Below, in pieces: positions 37,097 through 47,762 of a stretch of 64,000 nucleotides of DNA. The notes beneath the pieces were generated by a model that had not been told where the DNA came from, made no database searches, and saw only the letters and a list, made by a program, of their open reading frames with translations. Position numbers and translations under genes: made by a program. This DNA is from Candidatus Giovannonibacteria bacterium RIFCSPLOWO2_02_FULL_45_28. GTDB lineage: Bacteria > Patescibacteriota > Minisyncoccia > UBA11713 > 2-01-FULL-45-33. The DNA lies in assembly GCA_001780725.1 (NCBI GenBank), contig MFIM01000028.1, forward strand, positions 10,368 through 74,367. The letters run 5' to 3'. The first letter of the stretch is position 1. Every line of letters starts with the position of its first letter.

Positions 37097-37543
37097 GTGA
37101 ATGTAAGCCAAACTGAAACTTATATCAGAAAATTGTTAGAGAGTGCCACCGCGCACAAGCGCGAAAAAATGGAACTTGCCGTGATAAATCTCAAAGAAAG
37201 GTCTTTGACAATCAAGGTCGGCGCCGATAAAAGTCGTGGGGTTCCTTATCAAAAAGTTAATCAGCTGCAGGGCGGCTATGCGGCCGTGTTTACCGATTCT
37301 CCGATGTGGATTGTTCTAATGTTTGATAAATCTTTGCGAAATAAGGTAATTCGCACTTCTAAAATTGAAACGCATTGGTTTAAACCGGCGCGCGCGAACG
37401 AAGGACTCGTTGTTCACGCGCGCTATAGGCGGCAGGAAACTAAAAACGGCAAAACTCGATTTTTCAGCTCTGCCATAATCAAAAACCGCAAAGGCGAAAC
37501 GGTCGCCGTAGTAAAAGCAGTAAACCAACTTATAGAAAAATAG
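37097..37543 (+). CDS. PaaI-type hotdog-fold thioesterase
   Basis: N.LQGG....TD motif, FKPA. Confidence 0.7.
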   Translation: MNVSQTETYIRKLLESATAHKREKMELAVINLKERSLTIKVGADKSRGVPYQKVNQLQGGYAAVFTDSPMWIVLMFDKSLRNKVIRTSKIETHWFKPARANEGLVVHARYRRQETKNGKTRFFSSAIIKNRKGETVAVVKAVNQLIEK

Positions 37544-37621
37544 GGCGTCAATTTTTGACGCCTCTTTTAATTTTCTTCGGCTGGTGCTATACAGAAAACA
37601 GATTTACCCCGTCAAAAGGGG

Positions 37622-38920
37622 TTGAGAGGTTTTATGTGGTTTGCGCGCGAAAATGAAGTTTATGTAGTGGGGGTCGCTGGAATTCCTTTTGTAGCGATTG
37701 ATGTCGGTGTTTTGCCAAGCAAACTTAAGGAAACTGCAAAAAGGGTAATAGAGGTAGACATTCCGCGGCTGGAAGCCGAATCGGGACTTAAAATAAAAGC
37801 TGAATACCCGTTTAATAAAAGCTCTTATTCCGGTATCGCTGCGCGAGATTTGGCGCTGGTTGCGCTGGAAGCGCTTTTTAAAAACGTGCCGGCAATAGCT
37901 CCAGAACGCGTTGATGTATTCAGGATCGGCTCTGTGATTTGTCATAAAACAGAAGAGATAAATATGCACGCATTTGCAAAAGTTGTCGCGCTTCGTGCAG
38001 GAATGAAACGCGCGGACAGCGAAACAAAAGACAAAGCGTGCTCCTCCGCTTTGGCCGCAGCTGGGGAAGCATATCGCATGATAAAAAACGGCGATGCGGA
38101 TTTTGCTGTTGCTGGCGGCATTGAAAAAATGTGCGATGTGTCCGACCGGCTTGTGCGTCTTGGTCTTACAAATCCTTTTGATGGACGATTGATGGCTGCG
38201 CTTGCAAACGAGGTTGCTGGAGAATTTAATCTTACCAGAGAAGAGCTTGACGACTACGCGTACGGATCATGCCGGCGCGCGAAAGAATGGCAAGGAAAAC
38301 ATAGATTTATAGCGCCAGTCCAAACGCTGAACGGAACTATTATTCAATTTGATGAAAGAGTAGAAAGACGGGCTGTGGACCGAAAGGTGTTTGCCAAAGC
38401 GCAACGTTATCCGCAATATGCCGACAAGGAAGATTCGCCAAAATGCGACGTTGTAACATGGCTAAATTCCGCACAATACGCAGGTGGTGGCGGATTTGTA
38501 TTTTTAGCCTCCGGCAAAATGGTAAAAAAACACAATCTTTCCAAACTCGCTAGAATCTTGGCGTTTTCTGTAGCAAGCGGCGGAGAGCCAAAAAATTTTA
38601 TTTTGAAACCAGAAGAAGCGATTCAAAAATGTTTGGATGCGACCGGCCTCCATTGGAACGACATTGGACATATTGAAGATAATGAGGCTTTTTCGGTTGG
38701 TCCGGTACTTTTAATGCTGTTGCACCATATTGAAAGGGAGAGAATGAACCGCGGTGGCGGCGCAATTTCCCACGGACACGCCATTGGTGGGACAACCGGA
38801 AGGCTTCTTGTTAAAGACATAGACATTATGGAGCGCGACAAAGAAAAATATACCGTTGTCACTGCATGCAACGCGGTAGACGAAGCCCCCGCGATGTTTT
38901 TAGTAAATCCGTACGTTTAG
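37622..38920 (+). CDS. Thiolase (divergent)
   Basis: KACSS, NEAF, GGAISHGH, CNAVDE; start uncertain. Confidence 0.85.
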   Translation: MRGFMWFARENEVYVVGVAGIPFVAIDVGVLPSKLKETAKRVIEVDIPRLEAESGLKIKAEYPFNKSSYSGIAARDLALVALEALFKNVPAIAPERVDVFRIGSVICHKTEEINMHAFAKVVALRAGMKRADSETKDKACSSALAAAGEAYRMIKNGDADFAVAGGIEKMCDVSDRLVRLGLTNPFDGRLMAALANEVAGEFNLTREELDDYAYGSCRRAKEWQGKHRFIAPVQTLNGTIIQFDERVERRAVDRKVFAKAQRYPQYADKEDSPKCDVVTWLNSAQYAGGGGFVFLASGKMVKKHNLSKLARILAFSVASGGEPKNFILKPEEAIQKCLDATGLHWNDIGHIEDNEAFSVGPVLLMLLHHIERERMNRGGGAISHGHAIGGTTGRLLVKDIDIMERDKEKYTVVTACNAVDEAPAMFLVNPYV

Positions 38921-38970
38921 TATGGATTTTTTTCTTTGTTGTGCTATACCCAAACTAGATCAGGTTTAAA

Positions 38971-40123
38971 AATGGCCAAACGCAGAGAAGCTTACATTGT
39001 AGCGATGATGCGGTCGCCCATCGCGAAAGTTGAAAAAATTAAAGGAACAGAAACGTACAAAAGCGCGATTTCTTCGCTAACACCACAAGAGCTTACGCGG
39101 CAGGTTTTGCGCGGGCTTTTTATCTTGAACGGCCTTGCACCAAACTGTGTTGACTTTTTTGCGATGGGGTCCGCCGTTTCTTTGAAAACCGCCGATCAAG
39201 CGCCCGTTAAAGAAATCGCCTTGCTTTCAGAAATGGAGCATGCCGACTGCGAGCTTGTTGAAAAAGCGTGCTCTTCCGGACTTGTTGCAGCGTATCGCGC
39301 CGCGCAAAGTATTTGGCACGAAGGTGCGGATTTCGCGATCGGCGGTGGGATAGATATGATGAGCCAAGATGCCGCAAGGACCAACGCCGCGCTTTGGGAT
39401 TCTCTCGCCGGAAAGTTTATGTACCAGTTGGCGGATGAAAAAGCCGTTGAGTTGGGTATCTCGCGCGAGGAACACGACAAATACGCTTCTGAAAGCTACG
39501 AACGCGCCAAAAAGTTCCTCTACAACACCGGCTCATACGTTACTGCGATTGTTATCCCCGGCCAGGAGCAATTTCTTCTGACTTTTGATGAAATTCCGAC
39601 CATGCGCGATATGACTTTGGAAAAAATCCAGAGAGTGCGCGTTTTTGAAGAATGCCAAATTCTTACTCCGGCAAGCTCTTCCAAGTGGGGCGACGGAGTC
39701 GCGGTTGCAGCGTTTGCCTCGCCGCGATTTGTAAGAACTCATAAACTGCGCCCACTGGCTCGCTTCGTTGCTTTTACTAGGGCAAGCGGCAATGAGCCAA
39801 AAAATTTTGTTACCGAACCCGCTAAGGCGGTGAGAAAACTGCTTAAAAAAACGAAAACAGAAATAGAAAAAGTAGATGTCGCTCTTGTCAACGAAGCATT
39901 TGCCACGTCCCCGCTTGATTTTATGCGAACAACTGGAATGCCGCACGAAAAAGTAAACCCGAGAGGCGGGGCGATTGCTCTAGGACATCCATTGGGCATG
40001 TCGGGAATGCGGATTATGAGCGAGGCGGTGCACATTTTAAACCAAGAAAATAAAAACATCGCGATTGTTTCCGTTTGCAACGCAAAAGACGAAGCAACCG
40101 CCGCGGAGATTCACAGAACATAA
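38971..40123 (+). CDS. Thiolase (divergent)
   Basis: KACSSG, NEAFA, GGAIALGHPLG, CNAKDE; probable start at MAKRRE (about 38971-38972). Confidence 0.88.
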
Positions 40124-40147
40124 AAAGGCCGACTAGTCGGCCTTTTT
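40122..40147. terminator. Bidirectional terminator (perfect palindrome)
   Basis: AAAAAGGCCGACTAGTCGGCCTTTTT between convergent genes. Confidence 0.8.
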
Positions 40148-42099
40148 TACTCATCTTCTCCGCCCCTTTTTAACTTTTTGAATCTTTCTTCTAAAAACTC
40201 AATAATCATTCTAAGCGCATCGTCTGTTTGGAAAGCAGCAACGACGGCGTTGAATTCATAATTACCAATTCCTAAAAGAATACTATTTTCGTTTCCTTTC
40301 CAAATTGCTTGCCTCGCCAGCCGGAAAGATTCCGGCGGTTTTCCTTTCCAAAACTTCCACGCGCCCCACGATTCCGTGAACTCGCTTATCCAATCCCAAA
40401 GAGTGTAGTGAATCGGCTCCCGCTTTTTTTTGCCAATTTTGTCGGCATTTGCCACGAGTTCCATCAAGCGCTCTTCTGTTATTTTATCAACCGCTTCATC
40501 AACCCAAGGCATTCCGACTTCTTCGCCAAGTTCATATAAAGTGGCGCCTCGCAAAATCATCCGTAGCGCTTTTTGCAAACCGGCCCTTCGCGGAAGAGTC
40601 TGCGTCCCTCCGCCTCCGGGCTTAATTCCGCGCTTAAGTTCAACAAGACCTATTTTGGCGCTTTTTTCCGCAATAATATAATCGCATGCAAGCGCCCATT
40701 CGTAAGCGCCCCCAAACGCCGAACCTTTTATCGCAGCGATTACTGTTCCCGGATAGTCCATAGCCTCATGGATTGCCGAGTGCCATGTCTTTATCGCGTA
40801 CCTTGCCGCTTCTTCGCTCAACATGGCCGCCAAAAATTCGTCTATGTCAGCGCCCCTTGCTCTGTTGATTTCCAAAATGACGCACATTGCGCCCACTTGC
40901 TTTGCAAGGCAGAATTTTTCCTTTAATTCTTTTACAAGGTGAAGCGGCAAGGTTTTTCCGCTCCATCCTATGCGCGCGCAAGATTTATCCGGCGCAAATT
41001 CAAATTTTACACTTTTCCTGTCTTGGTAAAATCCTCCAAGTGGAGATTTTTTGCCGAGTTTCCCTTCGGTGGTCATTTTTTCCAGTATTTCTGGAACTTC
41101 CCAGCGGTCAGATTCCTGAAGCTTGAGCATTCTGCAGCAATCCGCCGCAACGTCAACGCCAACATGGTCAATCAATTTGTAAGGGCCCATTTCAAACCTA
41201 ACCTCCGGATCTTTGCCGCTGTCAACAAGTTCAATCATTTCATAAGGGCCTTTCGGCATTGCCGTCCCCAGTTTCATAAGCGCATCAACGTTTTCTTTAA
41301 ACTTTTCTTCGGACATACCGAGAAGTTCGTGGCCTTTGTCTTTCACAATTAAATCCCGCGCGGCCGCTAAAAACTCATCAACTATCAGCCGGGCGACTGG
41401 GTCCGAAAACCAAGCACCGGTTCCGAACGCTTTATCAATTTTTCGGAAATCAGCAGTGGCTCCCAGTTTTGCAGACGCCTGAACCATTCTAACCAGCAAA
41501 CGGTTCACAATGAAGCCGGGCAGATCCGGAGCCCAAAAAAGCTTTTTACCCAAAAGACGCGCAACGTCGATCGCAGCCTTTTCAATATCCAAAGAATTGT
41601 CCCGCAAATTACCCTTATGCAAAATTGCCTCAACCGGAGGCATGGCGGACACCGGATTAAAAAAATGCAAACCCATAAATCTTTCTGGGTGTTTTAGGCC
41701 AGCTGCCAACCGGGCAATCTGAAACGTAGAGGTATTGGTAAACATCGGCGCCTCTGGCGGAAGAAATCTTTCCAATTCCTGATAGAGCGCAATTTTAAGG
41801 TTCGCGTTTTCTTTAATCGCTTCAATAACTGCGTCCGCGGAAGCCACGTTTTTAACATTTTCCGGAGTTGTCTTGTAAAACTTTATTCTTTCAAAAACTT
41901 CCGTGACAGCCTCTCTGGAGCGATAAACAAATTTGTAGTTTTTAACCGTTTGAAAAATTGCAGCCGGAAGGGTTTCTTTGGCTTTCGCTAGTGCTCCCGG
42001 AAAACTGTCAAAAAGCATAACACCCACCTTCGCTTTAGCCAGCTCTGCTGCAACGCCGGACCCCATAACTCCAGCGCCAAAAACAGCAACTCTTTTCAT
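40147..42099 (-). CDS. 3-hydroxyacyl-CoA dehydrogenase / enoyl-CoA hydratase fusion (HAD first)
   Basis: GAGVMG, NTST, GLHFFNP, PGFIVNR; crotonase GGAYE and GLVE..RG..PGGGG. Confidence 0.9.
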   Translation of the reverse strand: MKRVAVFGAGVMGSGVAAELAKAKVGVMLFDSFPGALAKAKETLPAAIFQTVKNYKFVYRSREAVTEVFERIKFYKTTPENVKNVASADAVIEAIKENANLKIALYQELERFLPPEAPMFTNTSTFQIARLAAGLKHPERFMGLHFFNPVSAMPPVEAILHKGNLRDNSLDIEKAAIDVARLLGKKLFWAPDLPGFIVNRLLVRMVQASAKLGATADFRKIDKAFGTGAWFSDPVARLIVDEFLAAARDLIVKDKGHELLGMSEEKFKENVDALMKLGTAMPKGPYEMIELVDSGKDPEVRFEMGPYKLIDHVGVDVAADCCRMLKLQESDRWEVPEILEKMTTEGKLGKKSPLGGFYQDRKSVKFEFAPDKSCARIGWSGKTLPLHLVKELKEKFCLAKQVGAMCVILEINRARGADIDEFLAAMLSEEAARYAIKTWHSAIHEAMDYPGTVIAAIKGSAFGGAYEWALACDYIIAEKSAKIGLVELKRGIKPGGGGTQTLPRRAGLQKALRMILRGATLYELGEEVGMPWVDEAVDKITEERLMELVANADKIGKKKREPIHYTLWDWISEFTESWGAWKFWKGKPPESFRLARQAIWKGNENSILLGIGNYEFNAVVAAFQTDDALRMIIEFLEERFKKLKRGGEDE

Positions 42100-42119
42100 G
42101 TCGTCATCTCCCTTCGAAA

Positions 42120-42350
42120 TCAGCTATGAAGATCGACTATCTGACCTTCATCGACAGCTTTCAACAAGCATTTGCCGCAAGCGCAGAGTTTTCCGTGATT
42201 CCCGGAGTTTTCAAAGCACTCCGTGACAATAGCTTCGGCCAATGCTTCCGGCAGGGCGCGCAAAATCTCTTGGGTATTTCTCAAGTAGCTGTCTATATCC
42301 AATCTCCGCTCCATTTCTCTCTCAATAACCTTTTTAATCAGATCTTTCAT
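42120..42350 (-). CDS. Small hypothetical protein
   Basis: GGAGG SD, first gene of the unit with the HAD/ECH fusion, CACGKC motif. Confidence 0.6.
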   Translation of the reverse strand: MKDLIKKVIEREMERRLDIDSYLRNTQEILRALPEALAEAIVTECFENSGNHGKLCACGKCLLKAVDEGQIVDLHS

Positions 42351-42411
42351 AGAACCTCCTTCCCCAAAAATCTGGCTTTAACATAGCGCCCTTTGTGTTA
42401 TAATGTCAACC

Positions 42412-43572
42412 ATGCGATATTTTTTAACATCCGAATCAGTAACCGAGGGACATCCGGACAAATTGGCCGATCAGATTTCTGACGGTGTTTTAGACGAAAT
42501 TTTGCGCCAAGACCCTTATGCGCGGGTCGCGGTAGAATCCTTGCTTACAACCGGCCAGGTTGTTGTGGCCGGAGAAGTTACCACCAAAGCATATATTGAT
42601 GTGCAAAATATTGTGCGCGGAGTTTTGAAAGAGGCGGGGTACGTAAAAAGCGAATATGGGATTGACGGAGACAGCTGCGGAGTTTTGGTGTCGCTCCATG
42701 AACAGTCTCCGGATATCGCGCTTGGGGTCAGCGGATACCGAAAAGAAAGACCGGAGGCGGTTGGCGCGGGAGATCAGGGAATGATGTTTGGGTACGCGTC
42801 TGACGAGACGCCGGAACTTATGCCCGCGCCGATTGCTTTTGCGCATCGCGTTACGCGCAGGCTCGCGCAAGCAAGAAAATCTGGAGAGATTAAATATTTG
42901 CGGCCGGACGGCAAATCTCAAGTGACGGTTGAATATGAAAATGGTTCAGTAAAAAGAATTCACACCGTGCTTGTGTCAGCCCAGCATGCGCCGGGAGTTT
43001 CAATAGCCAAAATGAAGCGCGATATTGTAAAAAAAATAATAAAAAAAGTTTTGCCGAAAAAATTGATTGACAGCAAGACCAAATTTTTGGTAAATCCAAC
43101 CGGAAGGTTCGTCATCGGCGGACCCGCCGGAGACACGGGGCTTACGGGGAGAAAAATTATAGTGGATACCTATGGCGGCGCTGGCGCGCACGGCGGAGGA
43201 GCATTTTCAGGGAAAGACCCGACAAAAGTTGACCGTTCAGCTTCCTACTACGCAAGATATGTAGCAAAAAACATCGTTGCGGCCGGTTTGGCTAAAAAGG
43301 TTGAGGTGAAAGTCGCTTATGCAATCGGCGTTCCGGAGCCGCTGATGGTTGATGTTGATGACTTTGGCACATCTGACGTGGGGCGTGAGAAATTAGTAAG
43401 AATAGTTAAAAAAATTTTTGACTTCCGCCCGGGGATGATTATAAAAGAATTGCGGCTGCGACGCCCAATCTACAAACAAACCGCCGCCTACGGGCATTTT
43501 GGCCGCACCGACCTAGATTTGCCTTGGGAGCGCATTAATAAAGCGGCTGCGTTGAGAAGATACGTGTCCTAA
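42412..43572 (+). CDS. metK: S-adenosylmethionine synthetase
   Basis: [26 protein letters not shown]. Confidence 0.98.
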   Translation: MRYFLTSESVTEGHPDKLADQISDGVLDEILRQDPYARVAVESLLTTGQVVVAGEVTTKAYIDVQNIVRGVLKEAGYVKSEYGIDGDSCGVLVSLHEQSPDIALGVSGYRKERPEAVGAGDQGMMFGYASDETPELMPAPIAFAHRVTRRLAQARKSGEIKYLRPDGKSQVTVEYENGSVKRIHTVLVSAQHAPGVSIAKMKRDIVKKIIKKVLPKKLIDSKTKFLVNPTGRFVIGGPAGDTGLTGRKIIVDTYGGAGAHGGGAFSGKDPTKVDRSASYYARYVAKNIVAAGLAKKVEVKVAYAIGVPEPLMVDVDDFGTSDVGREKLVRIVKKIFDFRPGMIIKELRLRRPIYKQTAAYGHFGRTDLDLPWERINKAAALRRYVS

Positions 43573-43590
43573 ACTCGGTTTCGGACAGAT

Positions 43591-43661
43591 GGGCCGTTAG
43601 TAAAGTGGCATTACGCGGCATTCGCATTGCCGAGTCGCGAGTTCGATTCTCGCACGGTCCA
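43591..43661 (+). tRNA. tRNA-Ala(CGC)
   Basis: G3:U70 acceptor, CGGCA-TTCGCAT-TGCCG. Confidence 0.9.
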
Positions 43662-43871
43662 AAAATTTGGCGAAGAAAGAAAATCCTGAATTATTTCCGG
43701 GGGCTGTGAATTGCGCACGGTGGCGCTTGGGTTATAATTAACGTATATGAACAAAATAAATTCAGCCAAGCTTGTTTGTGGCTTATTTTGGCAGTTTTAA
43801 TCGTAGCTGGGGCATATTACTTATGGTCCGGCGGCGCGCTTTGAACTAAATCAGCAAAAAAATCCCCCGAG

Positions 43872-44504
43872 TTATTTCGGGGGAAAATGTTTGTTTAAAA
43901 ATTTTTCAAATTGTCTCTGGTTTTTTTGATCGTCCAATTTGTACAAAAAACACGCACTCGCGCAAAACCCGGCTTTCTTGGCAGATTCGATATTGATCGG
44001 CAAATCGTCAACAAAAACAGCTTCCTTCGGAGAAAATCCGAGGTCGCTAAAAGCCCGGTGAAATAAGGTGACGTCGCGCTTGAGGGATTTTTTCTCCCAA
44101 GAAACTATCCAATTTTCTTTCTCGTTGTCTCTGAAAAGCTCAAACACTTGTGGAAATTTTAATACGGTCATTTCAAAACAAAACGGATTGTTGTCGGTGA
44201 TCATTTTAAGTTCCCCGCGCCCGCGCTCTTTAAATCGCAAAATCTCATAAAACATTGGCTGGTTGATTTCGCGAATACTTTGCGCAAGCACAGCAATAAA
44301 ATCCGTCCTCGGGACGTGATGAGAAAAGTATTGTTCGTTTGCCTCCCGTAGCATCTCTGTCAAATTTATATTACCGCGATCAAATTGCAAGCAACACGAC
44401 AAAAAATCTTCAAGCACCCCATCTTTAAGAAGCGATTTGGTCGAGGTTGCGTCAAATCTGATAAGAACGTTCCCAAGATCAACGCAGAGCGTTGTCTTTT
44501 TCAT
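43872..44504 (-). CDS. HAD-superfamily hydrolase
   Basis: VDLGNVL, K, FVDD motifs. Confidence 0.8.
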   Translation of the reverse strand: MKKTTLCVDLGNVLIRFDATSTKSLLKDGVLEDFLSCCLQFDRGNINLTEMLREANEQYFSHHVPRTDFIAVLAQSIREINQPMFYEILRFKERGRGELKMITDNNPFCFEMTVLKFPQVFELFRDNEKENWIVSWEKKSLKRDVTLFHRAFSDLGFSPKEAVFVDDLPINIESAKKAGFCASACFLYKLDDQKNQRQFEKFLNKHFPPK

Positions 44505-44534
44505 TCATTGCCCCTCGTCTCCAAAAAGCCTAAC

Positions 44535-45239
44535 ATGAAAGCTGTGGAAACACAAAATATTGTTTACGAAGACGAAAACCTGATCGCGCTCAATAAACCG
44601 CCGGGCGTAAATTTTGATTGGGTTTTGGAAACAAGAAAAGATCTTATTTCTGTCCACCGTTTGGACAAAGACACCTCCGGCATTATTTTATTCGCCAAAA
44701 ATCAAAGCGCCGCCGATTACTTAAAATCGCTTTTCCAAAATCACAAAATCCGAAAAACGTATCTAGCGCTGGTTGTCGGCAATGTGAAAAATAATCGCGG
44801 AGTTATTGATTTGCCGATAGGCCGCAGCAAAAAAACTCCGTTAAAAAGAGTCGCCGTCGGCGAGCGGCGCGGGAAAATGCGGGAGGCGGTTACGGAATTT
44901 AAAGTTTTAAAAAGATTTCCGCCAGCCCCCTCAAAGTCCGACTTTGAATCTGCAAAAAAGTCAGACTTCTTCCCGGCCGGAGGATTTACTTTAATAGAAG
45001 TTTATCCTGAAACTGGCCGCACTCATCAAATCCGCTCTCATTTTGCAGCGATTGGCCATCCGGTGGCATGCGATAAGCTCTATGGTGGAAAAAATCCCAA
45101 GTGCCCAGCAGAGCTCACGCGCCAATTTTTACATGCCTCGGTAGTTGATTTTACGCTTCCGTCAGGCGGCCGATTAAGGATAGAAGCCGACTTGCCGGAG
45201 GATTTAGAAAATGCTAAAGTCCTCCTATGCCGTCATTAA
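44535..45239 (+). CDS. RluA-family pseudouridine synthase
   Basis: [26 protein letters not shown]. Confidence 0.94.
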   Translation: MKAVETQNIVYEDENLIALNKPPGVNFDWVLETRKDLISVHRLDKDTSGIILFAKNQSAADYLKSLFQNHKIRKTYLALVVGNVKNNRGVIDLPIGRSKKTPLKRVAVGERRGKMREAVTEFKVLKRFPPAPSKSDFESAKKSDFFPAGGFTLIEVYPETGRTHQIRSHFAAIGHPVACDKLYGGKNPKCPAELTRQFLHASVVDFTLPSGGRLRIEADLPEDLENAKVLLCRH

Positions 45240-45640
45240 ATTTAATTATTTCGCCGGTTGACATTGAGGCGAGAAAAAAGCTGGATTTTCGCGCAGGGGA
45301 CACGGTGCGCGTAACCCAAAAAGTGAAAGAGGGCGACAAAACCCGCCTCCAGGCTTTTGAGGGCTTGGTGCTGGCGCGAAAACACGGCGGAGAGCCAGGG
45401 GCGACTTTTATGGTTCGGAAGGTCATAAGCGGCGTTGGCGTAGAAAGAATTTTTCCGCTTTATTCTCCGGAAATTGATAAAATAGAAGTAAGGTCGCGGG
45501 CGTCAAAATTCAGGCGCGCGAAGCTCTATTATATCCGCGACCGCGTAGCAAAAGAGATAAGAAGAAAGATGAAAAGCATCAGAGCAGAAGCAAAAGCTCA
45601 ACCAAAAATAGAAGCGCCGAACACAGAAACAGCGGCTTAA
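45227..45640 (+). CDS. rplS: 50S ribosomal protein L19
   Basis: [25 protein letters not shown]. Confidence 0.97.
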   Translation: MPSLNLIISPVDIEARKKLDFRAGDTVRVTQKVKEGDKTRLQAFEGLVLARKHGGEPGATFMVRKVISGVGVERIFPLYSPEIDKIEVRSRASKFRRAKLYYIRDRVAKEIRRKMKSIRAEAKAQPKIEAPNTETAA

Positions 45641-45644
45641 CAGC

Positions 45645-45728
45645 GCGCGGGTGGCGAAATTGGCAGACGCACTACCTTGAGGTGGTAGCGGGGGCAACCC
45701 CATGGAGGTTCAAATCCTCTCCCGCGCA
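45645..45728 (+). tRNA. tRNA-Leu(GAG)
   Basis: CTACC-TTGAGGT-GGTAG, long variable arm. Confidence 0.93.
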
Positions 45729-45752
45729 AAAACATCGTGATATAATGCACTT

Positions 45753-47165
45753 ATGAAGAAATTATTCTTGGCGGTTGTTTTGGCGGCGGCGGTTTTTTCT
45801 CCGCTGATTTCTCTGGCTGTAAATCCGGCAGTTACGTCATTTACCGTCTCCCCCGCCTACGGCCCGTCCGGTTATTTTTTCGCATTTTTGTGGTCGCTTG
45901 AAAACGCGTTCGGCTCCTCTTTTTTAATTCCGTGCATTCAGGGTATTAAATTAAAAAATTTAAGCGGCAGCGCTATCACTTGCGGCTCGCGAATTGCCTC
46001 GCAAGCCGCGGAAAATGACGGCTTGGGCGTCAAAATAATTAACATAAGCGGCAACCAAGTCAGTATTTCGGCGCGCGTGGTTCCAAAAGATTCTTCAAGC
46101 AAAGACTACGATGCGGGCGGGCAAACTCTTTATGTTTCGGTAAGCCCAAACCAGCAACCAATAGAAAAATTCACAACTTCAACCACTACTACAGTCTCCG
46201 GTAGCCCGATTACGATTTCGTGGAGCTCAACTGATTTGGATAACGTAAATTTATCCGTTGAATGCAAACCGGAAATAAAAGTATCTTCACCGACATATAC
46301 CGCTGGGCTTTATCTGCCTTGCGGCAAACCGGTTTTTCAACCCGATTTGGCAAAATCCGGCTCGCTTACGCTAAGTTTCAGCAATTCTTCGGTGGACGCT
46401 CTGCCACATACTCTCACACTTCTTCCGTCAATGGCGCCGGGCGTTTATAACGCTGTTTATTCGGCAACTATTACCATAACTGTCGCGTCTGATGTAGTGC
46501 CGGATCCTGTTGTTAATTATTTTACAACTTCTGCGCCTTCTACAGTTTACTCCGGCCAAATCATGCCGATTTCCTGGTCAACAGCAAACGCAAAAGGCGT
46601 GAATTTGAAAATTCTCTGCGCAAAAGACATAACGGCAACTTCTTCTAAAAATCCGTCGTCAATTTTGTCTTGCGATGCTTACGCTTTTGCGGACAATGAT
46701 CTTTTGCCTTCGGTCGGAAGCCTCAACCTTTCTTTTCAAAACAACGGAAGTTCGCTAAGCTCCATTAATATAAATCTGATTCCGGCGTTTAAAGCAAAAG
46801 TCGGATACGATGCCACAAAAAGCAAAACTTTGAGCGTGGAAATCCGGCCGAAAAGCTCAACTGGTGTGATAACTGCGCCGATTGTCCCATCTCCTACAAA
46901 ACCAGTGCCTGCGCCAACGGCACCGATCTTCCCAAGCGCCATAAGGCCAGTAGTGGCACCGCCCCCACCTTCGCAGAACCAATCAGCGCAGCCGCAGACC
47001 GCGCCTGCGCTTGGGCCAAAAATCTACGCGCCCGGTTCTTATGTTCCTCCGACAACAGCAGAGACCACAACAAAAAAAGATTATCAAATTACAAAATCCG
47101 TTCGTTCAAGATTTCTTTCCTGGATTCGTGAAGTATCCTTGATGGCCCTGTCTTGGTTTTATTAA
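45753..47165 (+). CDS. Secreted/surface protein with three beta-rich repeats and Pro-rich linker
   Basis: Signal peptide; three repeats of F(T)..WS..N...C...C; Pro/Thr-rich tail. Confidence 0.75.
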   Translation: MKKLFLAVVLAAAVFSPLISLAVNPAVTSFTVSPAYGPSGYFFAFLWSLENAFGSSFLIPCIQGIKLKNLSGSAITCGSRIASQAAENDGLGVKIINISGNQVSISARVVPKDSSSKDYDAGGQTLYVSVSPNQQPIEKFTTSTTTTVSGSPITISWSSTDLDNVNLSVECKPEIKVSSPTYTAGLYLPCGKPVFQPDLAKSGSLTLSFSNSSVDALPHTLTLLPSMAPGVYNAVYSATITITVASDVVPDPVVNYFTTSAPSTVYSGQIMPISWSTANAKGVNLKILCAKDITATSSKNPSSILSCDAYAFADNDLLPSVGSLNLSFQNNGSSLSSININLIPAFKAKVGYDATKSKTLSVEIRPKSSTGVITAPIVPSPTKPVPAPTAPIFPSAIRPVVAPPPPSQNQSAQPQTAPALGPKIYAPGSYVPPTTAETTTKKDYQITKSVRSRFLSWIREVSLMALSWFY

Positions 47166-47171
47166 GTAAAT

Positions 47172-47690
47172 ATGGACTGGCCGCATCTCAAAGCTAAAAT
47201 TCGGGAAATACAGGATTTCCCGATGCCCGGAGTGAATTTTAAGGACATCACGCCGCTTTTGGAGGACAAAAACGCTTTTCAGGAAGCCATTGACGGCTTG
47301 GTTGGGTTTTTTCGTGACGAAAAAGTTGATAAGGTTGTCGGCATTGATGCGCGCGGATTTCTTTTGGCTTCCGCCGTTGCTTATCTTCTTGGCGCTGGCA
47401 TGGTGATTGTCAGAAAAAAAGGCAAACTGCCGTACGAAAAAATCCTGCGTGAACACGATTTGGAATATGGCCGCGGGTCACTGGAAATGCATACAGACTC
47501 AATTAAAAAGGGAGAAAGAATTTTAATAGTTGACGATGTGCTTGCGACCGGAGGAACAGTTGAAGCAGCAGTAAAACTGACCGAAGAACTCGGCGGCAAA
47601 ATCATCGGCCTCGGATTTCTTCTGGAAATCCCGTTGGGCGGCAGAGAGAAGTTGAAAAATTATAATATAAAGTCTTTAATTAAATATTAA
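47172..47690 (+). CDS. apt: Adenine phosphoribosyltransferase
   Basis: DFPMPGVNFKDIT, RKKGKLP, LEYG, VDDVLATGGT. Confidence 0.96.
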   Translation: MDWPHLKAKIREIQDFPMPGVNFKDITPLLEDKNAFQEAIDGLVGFFRDEKVDKVVGIDARGFLLASAVAYLLGAGMVIVRKKGKLPYEKILREHDLEYGRGSLEMHTDSIKKGERILIVDDVLATGGTVEAAVKLTEELGGKIIGLGFLLEIPLGGREKLKNYNIKSLIKY

Positions 47691-47762
47691 GGGCGCATAG
47701 CTCAACGGCAGAGCGACCGCCTTACACGCGGTAGGTTCTAGGTTCAAATCCTAGTGCGCCCA
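47691..47762 (+). tRNA. tRNA-Val(TAC)
   Basis: GGGCGCA/TGCGCCC, ACCGC-CTTACAC-GCGGT. Confidence 0.93.
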
